In this document: positions 14,713-29,150 of the stretch, one piece after another
Layout: each line of letters opens with the position of its first letter
Position numbering within the stretch: the first letter of the stretch is position 1
Source: the human T2T-CHM13v2.0 reference genome, Homo sapiens
Assembly: GCF_009914755.1 (NCBI RefSeq)
Contig: NC_060932.1
Direction: 5' to 3' (one strand)
Length of the DNA: 64,000 nucleotides
Position numbers and translations under genes: made by a program
Notes under the pieces: generated by a model
Database searches by the model: none
Told to the model about the DNA's origin: nothing
Seen by the model: only the letters and a program-made list of their open reading frames with translations

Positions 14713-16134
14713 GAACTCCACCACAAAAAGTATAATACTTTTAATATGAGATGTGATAAGTCAGTATTAACCATATTGCAACAACACCTACATCAAGAGA
14801 GTTGACCATATACCCAACCTTGAGACCCCAGAGAAATTCTCCAGAGCCACAGGGTACATTCCTTCCTTCTCTCCAGCTGCAAATGTCACTCAAAGTTGCC
14901 CGTTTTCCACAGGGGTCCAGGTCCATGTTTTCCCAATTGCCTTGTGAGGGTCCTCAAACTCAGAAGTTCCCCTAACCAGGAAGTCTTTACAGAAAAAAAA
15001 AAAGTATCTTCTTTCTCTTTGTGTATTCAGCACTTTGAACAGTGCCTGTCACAGACGGGGCACCTAATAAGTATGCATAAAAAAATGTTGGAGTTATACA
15101 AGAAGTATTAAACACCTATCGTATGCCAGATTCTGAAGAAGGTGCTGGAATACAGCAATGCACAAAGCAAAGTCACCGCTGCGGGTGGGCGGCATGAAAG
15201 GGCCTCTGCGGGGCTGGTAATGTCTCACTCCATATCACCAGGTGCTGATTCTATGGGTGTGTTTACATTGCAAACCTGCATCAAGCCATTCACTTATGAT
15301 TTGTGCAGTCACTGCATCTTTGCTTTACTTCAGTAAAAATGTTTCTAGAAACAAAACAAGTTCTTGCTCTCAGGATGTTTACACTCTAGTCAGAGGAGGC
15401 AGACAATACAAATAAATATGTACCATGTTGGGAGGTAACAAGCGCCATAAAAATATGGATGTAAGAAGAAAGAATTCAGTGAACACTAAGATGAGACAGA
15501 ACAAGTATCCTTTGCTAGATCGCCCTGAGTGTAGGGTACCCATACTCCAATCATTTATCCGAGAGGGCTCGGATCCCAACCCACTTTCTGAAGCCAGGTT
15601 CACACCCTCCTCCATGCTGCTGCTGAACTGAACTAGGAGGTAGTTCCAGGAAAAGATGTAGGAGTGAGTAGGGATGGCTGAACTTAGATTTACAACCTGA
15701 CTCACAAAATAACACCAGGAAATCTATCTTCAGCTCTGATTTTTCCACCCATTGGAAACACTCAATCAGAACTTGAACAATCATTCTTTATACTTTAGGA
15801 TATTTAATGAGAAAGGTTTAGATTACAAAGATGGAAGAGACTATTTCCCCCAAGCCCAGCAGGCAGTTTTGGAGAATCTGTTGGCTGCTCAAGCGCAACG
15901 GAGATTCAACTCTAAGTTCAGTTCTAAGATCCAATTCTTAGAACTGGATCAATTAAAAGGAGTTTAGCATTTTGTTAAGTAACAAGACCCATACACATAA
16001 AACAATTATAGAATAATATAAGAATTTTTTAAACCAAATTTTATGGACTTACATGCTACCATTTGCCTCTCCTTTACAGCATTTGTCATATTCTCCATTT
16101 TTTTATTTTGATATATGTATATATATATTTATTT

Positions 16135-16573
16135 ATTTATTTTAGAGATAGAATCTTACCATGTTGCCCAGGCTGGTCACAAACTCCGGGCCTCAAGCAA
16201 TTCTTCTGCCTCAATCTCCCTGGTAGCTGGATTACAGATGCGAGCCACAGCATCCAGCTTGCAATTTATTATTTATTTATTTATTTATTTGAGACAGGGT
16301 CTTTTTACTCTGTCACTCAGGCTGGAGTGCAGTGGTGCAATCACAGCTCACTGCAGCCTCAGCCTCCTGGGCTCAGGTGATCCTCCCACCTCAGCCTCCT
16401 GAGTAGCTGGGACTACAGACATGTATCACCATGCCTGGCTAATTTTTCTATATTTTGTAGAGGTGGGGCCTCCCTATGTTGCCTAGGCTGGTCTGAAACT
16501 CCTGGGCTCAAGCAATCCACCTGCCTTGACCTCCCAAAGTGCTGGGATTATAGGCATGCCACCGGGCCCTGCC
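16135..16573 (-). mobile_element. FLAM monomer plus AluJ, in tandem
   Basis: Two antisense Alu-family elements; cagcttgca flanks the AluJ. Confidence 0.88.
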
Positions 16574-17299
16574 TCAGCTTGCAGTTGTGTGTTTACACAT
16601 GTGAGTATTTGATTATTTGTCCATGTTGTTCACCATGTGCCAGGTATCCTACGAGTCAGGCCCACCCATAATCCCCTAGTTTTTGTGGTCATGGAGGAAG
16701 AGGACAAATGGAGACCCTGACCCGCGGCGCATTCTCCTTCACATCTCCCCCAATCCCGCCCTCTGCTTTATCTCATACCAGGAGGGGCCTTGTGCAAACT
16801 GTGTGGACACCCCAGCCAACCAACCTAAGCTCTGTCCATACTCCTTGGCTAAAGGCTAAGAGGGGGGTAGACCTGAGGAAGTGGCCCGTGAGACCCTGAG
16901 GTTGGCTTGGGGCCATTTGTGCAAGTAAGTGCAAGGAGTGAGTTCCTGGAACGTCGTCCAGGGTGGGGAGTGGGGCTCCTGTGGTACATCCACTTGGCCA
17001 CAGAAAGTTCTCAGCTAGAGAGATGGGGCAGCAGCAGGTGAGGGCCAGAGACGGCCCCTAAAGCTTGACTGGATGCAAAGGCAGTACTAAATCTAGCAGC
17101 CGAGAATACAGGAAGGAAATGTACAAACTTCTCTACTTTGATGGTGCTTACATTCCCGTGCATGGAGCCAGACTGCAAACAAGTGCGTGGGACACTGTAG
17201 AAATCGTCTAATATACAGCGTGTTTAGCGGTAATAAGTACTCTGGAAAAGAGAAGGGAAACAGCGCATACGATTTCAATAATGCTGGTCAAGGAAGGTA

Positions 17300-17560
17300 T
17301 GTTGGTTACCTGGAGCTGCTGTGACAAAGTACCACAAACAAGGTGGCTTAAACAACAGACATTTATTGTGTCACAGCAGTCCAAAATCAAGGTTTCGGCA
17401 GGTTTGCTCCTCCTGAGGGTATGAGGGAGAATCAGTCCCCTGTCTCTCTCCTAGCTCCTGGCAGCCTCAGGCTTTCTTTGGCTTGTAGAGGACAGGTGTC
17501 CTTCTGTGTCATCACATGGTCTTACCTCTGTCCATGTCTGTCTCTGTGTCCAAATTTCCC
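17300..17560 (-). mobile_element. MLT1B/C-like LTR fragment
   Basis: gctgctgtgacaaagtaccacaaac...ggtggcttaaacaacagacatttatt, MLT1 consensus in reverse. Confidence 0.75.
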
Positions 17561-17905
17561 TTTATTTTATTTTATTTTATTTTATTTTATTTTATTTTAT
17601 TTTATTTTATTTTATTTTTTGAGACAGACTCTCCCTCTCTTGCCCAGGCTGGAGTGTAGTGGCCCAATCTAGGCTCACTGCAACCTCTGCCGCCTCCCAG
17701 GTTCAAGAGATTCTTATGCCTCAGCCTCCTGAGTAGCTGGGACTACAGGCGCGCACCGCCACACCCAGCTAATTTTTGTATTTTTAGTAGAGACGGTGTT
17801 TCACCATGTTGGCCAGGATGGTCTCTATCTCCAGACCTCAGGTGATCTGCCCGCCTCGGCCTCCCAAAGTGCTGGGATTACAGGTGTGAGCCACTGCATC
17901 CGGCC
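17561..17905 (-). mobile_element. Alu with (TTTTA)n tail
   Basis: Antisense Alu preceded by about 10 TTTTA units. Confidence 0.95.
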
Positions 17906-18486
17906 TCTATAATTAAAATTTGGATGAAAAGGATCTTCCTTTAGAAACCTGGCAGCGACTGATCTATTTCAGCATTACGAAAGGACCATTGTAGCCTCAA
18001 GAGTTCTCTGTGTTCCTCATGTTAATTCCCCTCAGGAGGCAAGCAGTTCTTTGGACTTCCAAGGAATCATCCCTGACCTTCTGCCTCCACTTATTTCCAA
18101 GTTGGAGTGCTCTCTGAGCTGTGAGCCATCACTCCCACCCCAAACGCCTCCCCCATCCCTCCATCCTGCCCTGGCCTCAGAGAAAAATCATTTCCAAACA
18201 GGCTTTGTTCCACCACGTTCAAAATAGCTCAGAGTAAAAACTGTGTATAAGAAGCAAAGTCCTAATGGGTGCCCTGGAATCCCAGTCCCACCAGTATGCA
18301 ATGTTCCCATGTAACAAACATGCACATGTACCTCCTGAATCTAAAATAAAATTTAACAGGAATTTTTAAAGCAGCAGCAAAACCCCTTTGTTCCATTCCA
18401 TTCACCTTCCTCTCACACTCCACATCTCACTCTTAGCTGGAGGGGCCCGACTGTTTTCCCCTCCTGACTCCTCCAGTTCTGCTTGA

Positions 18487-19163
<677 letters not shown>

Positions 19164-19369
19164 TGAAAAATGGGCCACCTAGGCCTGGTTGGTTGTTTCA
19201 GCAGAAGGATGATAAAGGGAGAAGGATGAAAAAAAGGCCTTGTGTGTGCCTGGCAAAGTCTCCTGGGAACCAAGACGCACCCAAATGTGATTAAGTGCTC
19301 AGAAACCAATCTGCACTGAGCCCTTCACGTTCATACTCCTTGTATAATTTTATCTTCATGCCACAAAAC

Positions 19370-19510
19370 CCACTGTGGAGTAGGTTTTATTTTCCTCATT
19401 TTATAGATGCAAAAACTGAGATTTTCAAGGCTAAGTCCCTAGCCTGGTCACAGTGTTAGTAAGAGGTAGAGCCTGGACTGAATTCAGTTCTGAGCCCAAA
19501 GTCTGTGCTC
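19370..19510. mobile_element. MIR fragment
   Basis: MIR core cctcattttatagatgcaaaaactgag. Confidence 0.7.
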
Positions 19511-19673
19511 TTTTATTTCCTTTTATTTAAAAATAAATGATGTTGTTGTTGTTGTTCCAAATGTCTAAGTAATATATGTTCTTTATAAAAAATTTAGAAA
19601 TGACAACATAAAATATAAAATTAAAGCCACCTATAATTCCACCATCTAGAAATAGCAACCATTAATATTTTAG

Positions 19674-19985
19674 TACAGTTGTCCTCATTCTCTGCAGAGG
19701 ATTGGTTCCAGGACCCCCATGGATACCAAAATACAGATTCTGAAGTCCCTCGTATAAATTGGTGCAGTATTTCCATATAAACTGTATACATCCTCCTGCA
19801 TACTTCAGATCATCTCTAGATTATTCCTATTGTCTAATACAATGTAAATACCATGTAAATAGTTGCTATACTATATTATTTAGGATATTATGACAAGTAA
19901 AAAATCTGTCCATGTTCAGTACAAACGTAATTGTTTTTCTGAATATTTTTGATCGGAGGTTGGTTGAATCCGTGAATGCAGATCA
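19674..19985. mobile_element. MER2-like (TcMar-Tigger) DNA transposon, one end missing
   Basis: TA + cagttgtcctc..., gattggttccaggaccccc, ggttggttgaatcc match the MER2 consensus. Confidence 0.8.
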
Positions 19986-20029
19986 CCTCCTTTTTGCTGT
20001 TGCTTTGGTTATTTGATTGATTTACTTAT

Positions 20030-20307
20030 TTTATTGTCTCACTCTGTCACCCAGGCTGGAGTGCAGTGGTGTAATCTCAGCTCACCGCAACCTCCGCCTC
20101 CTGGGATCAAGTGATCCTCCCACCTCAGCCTCCGAGTAGCTGGGACTACAGGTGTGTGCCACCATGCCCGGCTAATTTTTGTATTTTTGGTAGAGACAGG
20201 GTTTAGCCATGTTGCCTGCGTGGTCTCAAAATCCTGGGCTCAAACGATCTGCCTGCCTCAGGCTCCTAAGTGCTGGGATTACAGGCATGAGCCACCGTGG
20301 CGCAGCC
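20030..20307 (-). mobile_element. Alu (AluJ/S)
   Basis: Antisense Alu consensus. Confidence 0.9.
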
Positions 20308-20309
20308 TG

Positions 20310-23300
20310 TTTGTTTTAAATAGCTTTATTTTTTAGAGCAGCTTTAGGTTCACAGCAAATTGTATGGAAGCTACTGAGAATTCTCATACATCCATTCCCC
20401 ATGTACATACATAACTTCCCCCATCATCAACATTCCCAAACCAGAGGGAATGAACTTACATTGACACGTCATATCACAATGACATGAATGAACTTGCATT
20501 GACACGTCATATCACCAAAAGTCTATAGTTGCGTTACGGTTTACTCCTGGTGTTGTGCATTTTATAGATTTGCACAAATGTATAATGATACATATCCACC
20601 AACATGGTAACAAACCAAGAAGTTTCACTGCCCTAAATCCTCTATGCTCTGTCTATTCGTCCTTTCCTCCTCCCAGACTGCTGGCAACCACTGAACTTTT
20701 TACTGTTGCCACAGATTTGCCTTTTCCAAGTGTCATATAGTTGGAATCATATAGTATGTAGCCTTTACAGATTGGCTTCTGAAATGGATTTAAGTTTCCT
20801 CCATGTCTTTTCATAACTTGATAGCTCATTTCTTTTTAGCACTGAATAATATTCCATTGTCTGGATGCATCACAGTTTATCCATTTACCTACTGAAGGAC
20901 AACTTGGCTGCTTCCAAGTTTTAGCAATTATGAGTAAAGCTGCTATGAACATACATGTACAGGTTTTTGTGTGGACATAAATTTTCAGCTCATTTGGGTA
21001 AATACCAAGGAGTGCAGTTCCTGAGTGGTATGGTAAGAGTATGTCTAGTTTTGTGAGGGACTGCCACAATGTCTTCCAAAGTGGCTATACCATTTTGCAT
21101 TTGCCTCCAGCAATGAATGACAGTTCCTAGTGCCCCACATCCTCACCAGCATTTAGAGTTGTCAGTGTTCTGGATTTTGGCCATTCTAACAGGTGTGTAG
21201 TGCTATCTGATTGCTGTTCTAATTTACTTTTTCCTGGTGACATATGGCATGGAGCATATTTTCATATGCTTATTTTCCATCTGTATGTCTTTGGTGAGGT
21301 GTCTGTTAAGGTCTTTGGCCCATTTTTTAAATTGGGTTGTTTTCTTATTGTTCAGTTTAAAGAGTTTTTTGTGTACTTTCGATAACAGTCCTTTATCATA
21401 TATGCCTTTTGCAAATCTTTTCTCCCAGTCTGTGGCTTTTCTTCTCAATCTCTTGACAGTGGCTTTCACAGAGCAGAAATTTTTAATTTTAATGATATTC
21501 AACATATCAATTCTTTCTTTGATGGATCATGTGTTTGATGTTTTATCTAAGAAGTCATTGCCAAACGCAAGGTCATCTAGATTTTCCCCTCTTACTTTCT
21601 AGGAGTTTTGCAGTTTTGTGTTTTACATTTATGTCTATGATCCATTTTGAGTTAATTGTTGCAAAGGATGTATTGTCTATGTTTAGATTCATTTTTTTTT
21701 TGCATGTGAATGTCCAGTTGTTCCAGCACCATTTGTCGAAAAGACTATTTTGCTCCTTTGTCAAAGATCAGTTGATCATAGTTATGTGATCTATTTCTGG
21801 TCCCTCTATTCTGCTCCATTGCTCCGTTTGTCTATTTTTCAGCAACACCACACAGCCTTGATTATATTATCTTTATAGTAAGTCTTGAAATTGGGTAGTC
21901 TCAGTGTCTAAATTTGTTCTTCTCCATCAATAGCATGTTGGTTATTCTGGGTCTTTTCCCTCTCCATATATACTTTAGAATCAGTTTTTCAATATCCACA
22001 AAATAACCTGCTGGAATTTTTACTGGGATTGCATTGAATCTATGGATCAAGTTGGGAAGCACTGACATCTTGACAATATTGAGACTTTCTATCAGAGTTT
22101 TGTGGTTTTCCCATATCTATATCTATCTATCTATCTATCTATAAAAAACAAAAAACATATATGGGAAATATATAATATATATTATATATTATATATTTTG
22201 TTAGATTTATACCTGAATATAAATATGGTGCTAATGTAAATGGAATTATCTTTTCAATTTCAAATTCCACTTGTTCATTGCTGGTATATAGGAAAGTGAT
22301 TTAGTTTTGTATATTGATGTTGTATCCTTCAACCTTGCTATAGTTACTTATCAGTTCCAGGAGTTTCTTTGTCAACTCTTTTGGATTTTCTGTATCAATG
22401 ATCTTATTATCTGCACACAAAGACAATTTTATTTCTTTGTTTTCAGTCAGTATACCTTTTATTTCCCTCTCTTGTCTTATGACACTAGTACTTCCAGTAC
22501 AGTATTGAAAAGGAGTGGTGAGATATTCTTTCCTTCTTCCTGATCTTAGTAGGAAAGCTTTTAGTTTCTCATCATTGAATATGATATTAGCTGTAGGTTC
22601 TTTATACATATCCATTATCAAGTTGAGAAAGTTCCCTTTCTATTCTTTGTTTGCTGAAAGTTTTTATCATGAATGGGTGTTGGATTTTGTCAAATGCTTT
22701 TTCTGTATATCTATTGATATGATCTATATCTATGTATCTATATATCGATCTATATATATCTATCTATATATCTATAGATAGATATAGATGTCTATCTATA
22801 GATAGATATCTATCTATATATATAGATATATATCTATCTATAGATATATATGTATAGATATCTATCTATATATATAGATATATATGTATATATCTATTGA
22901 TATGATCATGGATTTGCCTCTTTAGCCTGTTGATATGATGGATTATATTCATTGATTTTCAAATGTTGAACCAGCCTTGCATAGCTGGGATAAATCCCAC
23001 TTGGTTGTAGTGTATAATTCTTTTTATACATTGTTAGATTCCACTTGCTAATATTTTGTTGAGGATTTTTACGTCTACATTCATGAGGGATATTAGTTAA
23101 TAGTTTTCTTTTCTTGTAATGTCTTTCTCTGGTTTTGGTAGGAGGGAAATGCTGACTTCGTATAATAAGTTAGGAAGCATTCCTTAGGGTTTTATCTTCT
23201 GGATGAGGTTGTAGAGAATTGGTATAATTTCTCCCTTAAATATTTGATAGAATTCACCAGTGAACCCATTTGGGCCTGGTGATTTCTGTTTTGAAAGGTT

Positions 23301-24335
23301 TTTAGTTATGAACTCAATTTATGTAATAGATTTAAACCTGTTCAAATTGTCTATTTCTTTTTGTGTAAGTTTTGGCAGATTGCGAATTTCAAGGAATTGG
23401 TTCATTTCAACTATGCTATCAAATTTATGGGCATAGAGTTGATCATAGTATTCCTTTGTTATACTTTTAATGTCTGTGGGATCTCTAATGATGTCCTCTC
23501 TTTCTTTGCTGAGATTAGTAATTTGTATCTTTTCTCTTTTTTTTTTTAAGCCTAGTTAGAGGCATATTAATTTTACCAATCGTGTCAAAGAATCAGCTTT
23601 CGGTTTTGTTGATTTTCTCTATTAATTTCCTATTTTCAATTTCCTGGATTTCTGTCCCAATTTTTATTTCCTTTCTCTGCTTACTTTGTATTTAATTTCC
23701 ACTTTTTTTTCTAATTTTGTAAGGTGAAAGTTTAGATCGTTTATTTTTAATCTTTCTTCTTTCTTAATATATGCATTTAATGCTATAACATTTCCTCTGA
23801 GAACTGACTTTGCTGTATCTCACATATTTTAATAAGCTGTATTTTCATTTTTACTTAGTTCAAAATATTTTAAAATGTCTCTTGAAATATCTTTTTTGAA
23901 TTATATGTTATTTAGAGGGGTGCTGCTTAATCTCAAAGTATTTTGGGATTTTCCAGCTATATTTCTGTTATTAGTTTCCGTTTTAATTCCATTGTGGTCT
24001 GAGGGCAGTGTATGATTTGCAGTCTTTTAAATTTTTAAGGTGAGTTCTATGACTCAAAATGTGATCTATCTTGGTGAATGGTCCACATGAACTTGAGAAG
24101 AATGTGTATTCTGCTGTCTATCAATGTCAATTATATTCAGATGATTGATGGTGGTGTTCGCTTCAACTGGGCCCTTACTATTTTCATGTCTGCTGGATCT
24201 GTTCATTTCTAATAGAGGGGTTTTGAAATCTCCAGCTATAATAGTGAATTTATCTATTTCTCCTTGCAATTCTATCAGTTTTGCTTCATTTTGACACTGT
24301 TGTTAGGAACATACCCATTAAAGATTGTTATTTCT
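20310..24335 (-). mobile_element. Old L1M (L1MC-like) element, about 4 kb of 3' UTR plus degenerate ORF2
   Basis: Several minus-strand ORF fragments translate as L1 ORF2 (FDKWCWNNW, YKEPTANIIFNDEKLKAF, GEIDKFTIIAGDFKTPL). Confidence 0.9.
22723..22897. repeat. Complex (TA/TCTA/TAGA) microsatellite
   Basis: Read directly; contains palindromic blocks. Confidence 0.95.
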
Positions 24336-25173
24336 TCGAAGTCATCTCTTAAGTCTATGTTCTGTTGTACAATTTTACACTCTGCTTTTTTCTCACTGAA
24401 AACATGATTTTTAATAGGCACAGGCTGTTTTCACTCTACAAGTCCAATATTTCTTAATCAACTTGATTCAGACCAATTTGTGATGATTCAAGTTACCACT
24501 GCAGGAAGATGTCATTTGTGTGCTCTGGGGAGTGGTAGGATGGGGTCCAGGACATCGGGTAGAGAACAGGTTGTGAAGGAGCCCTAGACAGCTGGCAGCC
24601 ATCATCACAAAGAGAGATAGAAAAACAAGTGGAAGCTTCAGTTGGGATTGGGCGAGAGAGCAGTTCGACACCAGCACAGACTGGACCAGCAATGCTGCTT
24701 CCATTGGAACACCTGACTCTTATTTCAAAAAATTAGGACCAGAAATCCATGATGAAAGGAAGTTTGAGTGCTTCTTAAGAGATGAGCCAAGGACCTGGGC
24801 AGAGGGGGAGCCCAGGTTCAGAGTCCACTCAGACCAGACACCCAGGCTGAGTGTCCAGCAGGTCTGACCGATGGGACCTCTAGCCTCTATTCTGAAACTC
24901 AGGGACTTTATTTCTCTGTGCTTTAACTTTCTCATCTGCCAGGCTGCAGTGTGTATAACTTCATGTGTCCTGAGCTGCTGAACCACAGTTTGAAAGTGAG
25001 TCATGGTAAATGCTTTGCTATGTAAAACTTCTTTAGTAACTGCTTCTGGGAATCGCTTCAATTATTGCCCCACTCTGTTTGCCTGGCTGTGGGTCAAGCT
25101 TTCCCCTTTCTTTGGGAAACCTGGCCTTGATTGGCCTTGTCTCTGCTTAGAATGGAAAAGGGAAAAGGGACTC

Positions 25174-25889
25174 TGATATGATTTGGCTCTGTGTCCCCAC
25201 CCAAATCTCACCTTGAATTGTAATCCCCATGTGTTGAGGGAGGGACTTAGCAGGAGGTGATTGGATCATGGGGGTGGTTTCCCCCATGCTCTCTCCCTAA
25301 TAGTGAGAGAGATCTCATGAAATTTGATGGTTTAAAAGTGCCATTTTCCCTTGTGCTTGCTCTCTCCTGCTGCCATGTTAGATGTACCTTGCTTCCCCTT
25401 CGCCTTCCACCCTGATGGTAAGTTTCCTGAGGCCTCCCCGGCCATGTGGAACTGTGAGCCAATTAATCCTCCTGATATGGCTTGGCTGTGTCCCCACCCA
25501 AATCTCAACTTGAATTGTAGCTCCCAGAATTCCCACGTGTTGTGGGAGGAACCCAGGGGGAGGTAATTGAATCATGGGGGCCAGTCTTTCCTGTGCTATT
25601 CTTGTGATAGTGAATAAGTCTCACAAGATCTGATGGGTTAATCAGGGGTTTCCACTTTTGCTTCTTCCTCATTTTTCTCTGGCCACCGCCATGTAAGAAG
25701 TGCCTTTTGCCTCCCACCATGATTCTGAGACCTCCCCAGCCATGTGAAACTGTAAATCCAATTAAACCTCTTCTTGTTACCAGTTTCAGGTATGTCTTTA
25801 TCAGCAGCATGAAAATGAACTAATATACCTCCTTTCTTTATAAATTACTCAGGTAGTATCTTTATAGCAGTGTGAGAAAGGACTAATAA
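25174..25889 (+). mobile_element. MSTA/THE1D-like solo LTR with a nested THE1 LTR
   Basis: tgatatgatttggctctgtgtccccacccaaatctc...gactaataa. Confidence 0.88.
25473..25827 (+). mobile_element. THE1 (A/B-like) solo LTR
   Basis: tgatatggcttggctgtgtccccacccaaatctc...aactaatata; 5-bp TSD cctcc. Confidence 0.9.
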
Positions 25890-26828
25890 ATGCTCTAAAG
25901 AAAGGATGAATCATCATTAAATAAGAGGCTGGGTGAGGGGTGGAGTTAATGGTAATGCCCTTGATGCTACTGAATCAGCTGGGTTTCAGACTATTCTTCT
26001 GTCCCGAGGTCTCCAAGGCCTGCTCACAGTGCAGTCATGTTTTGGGCTTCAGGACCTCCAGCCTCCTTACACAAGGGTACCCCTGAGCAAGCTTTCAGTG
26101 CCAACCAACTTATTGGCTTCAAAGGCAAGGGTGGGCCTTATCTTGCCCTCTGATTGGGGCTGTGGCATCTTTTGTGGACTAAAATTTCTCCTGAGCCATC
26201 TTTTGTTTTTATTGGAATACAGTTGCTGCTTTTCCATAATTGGTTAGTAGAGAATGCTCTGTGACTGCAGTAGGATCCTCCGAAAAGCACGGCCTTGAAG
26301 CAAGGAGACACTGGTGTAGTAGAATTCAGAGAAGGACTTTTTCAGCACAAACATTGGAAGCATCGAACTTTGAATCAATATGTGACTAAGTGCAGTGGAG
26401 GGACCAGTGAGAGCAAGGCGGGAGAAAAAGGAGCAGAGCGATGTGGCCAGGATGCAGAGGCAGATAGCCCTCGGTTCCTTCCTGTGTTGTTACCATCCAG
26501 ACTTGTGTTCATTTTTCACTCAGAGCTTCTGTTTCTCCAACACGGATTCCTAGCACGGCCTCTCAGGGAGGGGTCGCTTTCTGTTTATTGAGGAGCTACT
26601 GAGAAGAATGAGCCCCTGTAAAGCGGAGCCTTGTGTTCATCTTGTACCCAAGATGCCTAGCACTGTATCTGGCACATCTTAAACATCAAACCAATGCTTA
26701 TGGAATGAGTAAATAAATGCATGGGTGGGGAAAAAAATAAATGAATGAAGAGGAAGAAATGAATCAATATAGAAGCACTAAGGTTTGAAAATCTTCTTGG
26801 AAGAGTTGAGGTGAAGATGAAGCTTTAG

Positions 26829-27447
<619 letters not shown>

Positions 27448-27881
27448 GCAAGTTTTGATGTCTCTAGCAGTCACTAGCACATCCATGAAAGTAAATGGGA
27501 ATAAAAGAGTGGACTCCCTTAAAAATACACAGAAGAGAGAGACAAGGTCGCTAGGGAAGCGACGAAAGTCCAAATGTTAACCAGCCCCATTGTGTAAGGA
27601 GCAATGTGACCCAACGAGACCAATTTTGTTAATGCCTTTAATGATTAGTTTCCTAGTTAATAATTGACATGTCATAACACAGAAAGCTGAAAACTGGTAA
27701 GTCAGTTATTTCACCATTTTGGATTCTCTTGTATGTCGAGGTCCTGATAATAGTCACCAGGTGATACCTGGAAACATTAGCGAGGGAAGGCACATTTTTA
27801 ACCTTCTGGAATAGTTAACTAAAATTCAAATAAACTTAAATACAATCTCCTTGCTTACCTGAAGAGTAATGAAATTTGTCA

Positions 27882-28202
<321 letters not shown>

Positions 28203-28462
28203 CTATAAACAGATCCTCAAATTTTAGGATTTGAGCTCTCAGGACAGAACTCCCATAGAACAGAGTCACCCCACACGTAACTGGAGAGCTCGCTTTAACA
28301 GGAAAAGCTCTAGGGATTTTTGCATCGCCATTTCCTCTTTAAATACGACAGAAAAATCCATTTAGCTAGGATTCTGGAACTCTGCCAGCTCTTCCTGCCC
28401 TATCTGACTGTAAAATTCAACAAGGGATCATAAATAATAGACTCTAGTCCAAAAATACATTT

Positions 28463-28495
28463 GGGGAATCCTGTCCAATAGAATAACTGACGTCA
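28463..28495. promoter_or_regulatory. Candidate motif cluster: kB-like ggggaatcc, CCAAT and full CRE TGACGTCA
   Basis: Motifs read directly (CRE at 28488-28495); function not shown. Confidence 0.25.
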
Positions 28496-28637
28496 ATGAC
28501 TTCTGCATGGCCTCTGATATTTACTTCAAACAATAAGAAGAGAAATCACAATTCCCAGTGTTGGTTCCGCTAAGCAGAGCTGAGTGACGGAAATGCAGCC
28601 CAGCAGAGGCTCTGCACAGCCTAGGTAGCCCTGGCGT

Positions 28638-29150
28638 TTAGTTATCTTTTGCTGCGTAATCGATGGCCCAGAACCTAGTGGGTTAAATCAACAGCATTGT
28701 AGCTCATGACTTTGTGAGTCAGGAATTCCAGAGTTCAATCAGACCATTTTTCTGCTGTGCATGGTATCAGCTGGGGTCAGGCAGTGGTGTTCAACAAGCC
28801 GACTGCCTCCTCTGCAGTATCCAGCATGGCTCCGCTCACATCTCTAGAGCCTCAGTGGGACTAGTTGGAACCACCGACCAGAGCACGTTCCCAGGGCCTC
28901 TGTGCCATGGCAGTCTCAGGGTAGTCTAGGTGGCCTAGACTGGTGGCCTAGGGCTCCCGGAAAAGGTGTTGTAAGAGACCTGGGTAGAAGCTGCAAAGCT
29001 TCTTTATGTCCTCTCCTCAGAGGTTCTAGAATGTCACTTCTGTAGCATTTGACTGGTCTAGGAAGTCACTAAGAACAGCCCAGCTCCAACAGCAGGAGCA
29101 TTAGGTGCCATTTCTCAATGAGAGAAGTAGTATGAAACTGTGGCCGTCAT
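28638..29150 (-). mobile_element. Old MLT1 (G/H-like) LTR
   Basis: agttatcttttgctgcgtaa...gctcatgactttgtgagtcaggaattc resembles reverse MLT1. Confidence 0.6.

Noticed and set aside
20836-24269. Reverse transcriptase/endonuclease-like ORF pieces
   Set aside because: Fragmented ORF2 of a dead L1M element, not an active retroelement or a novel RT system
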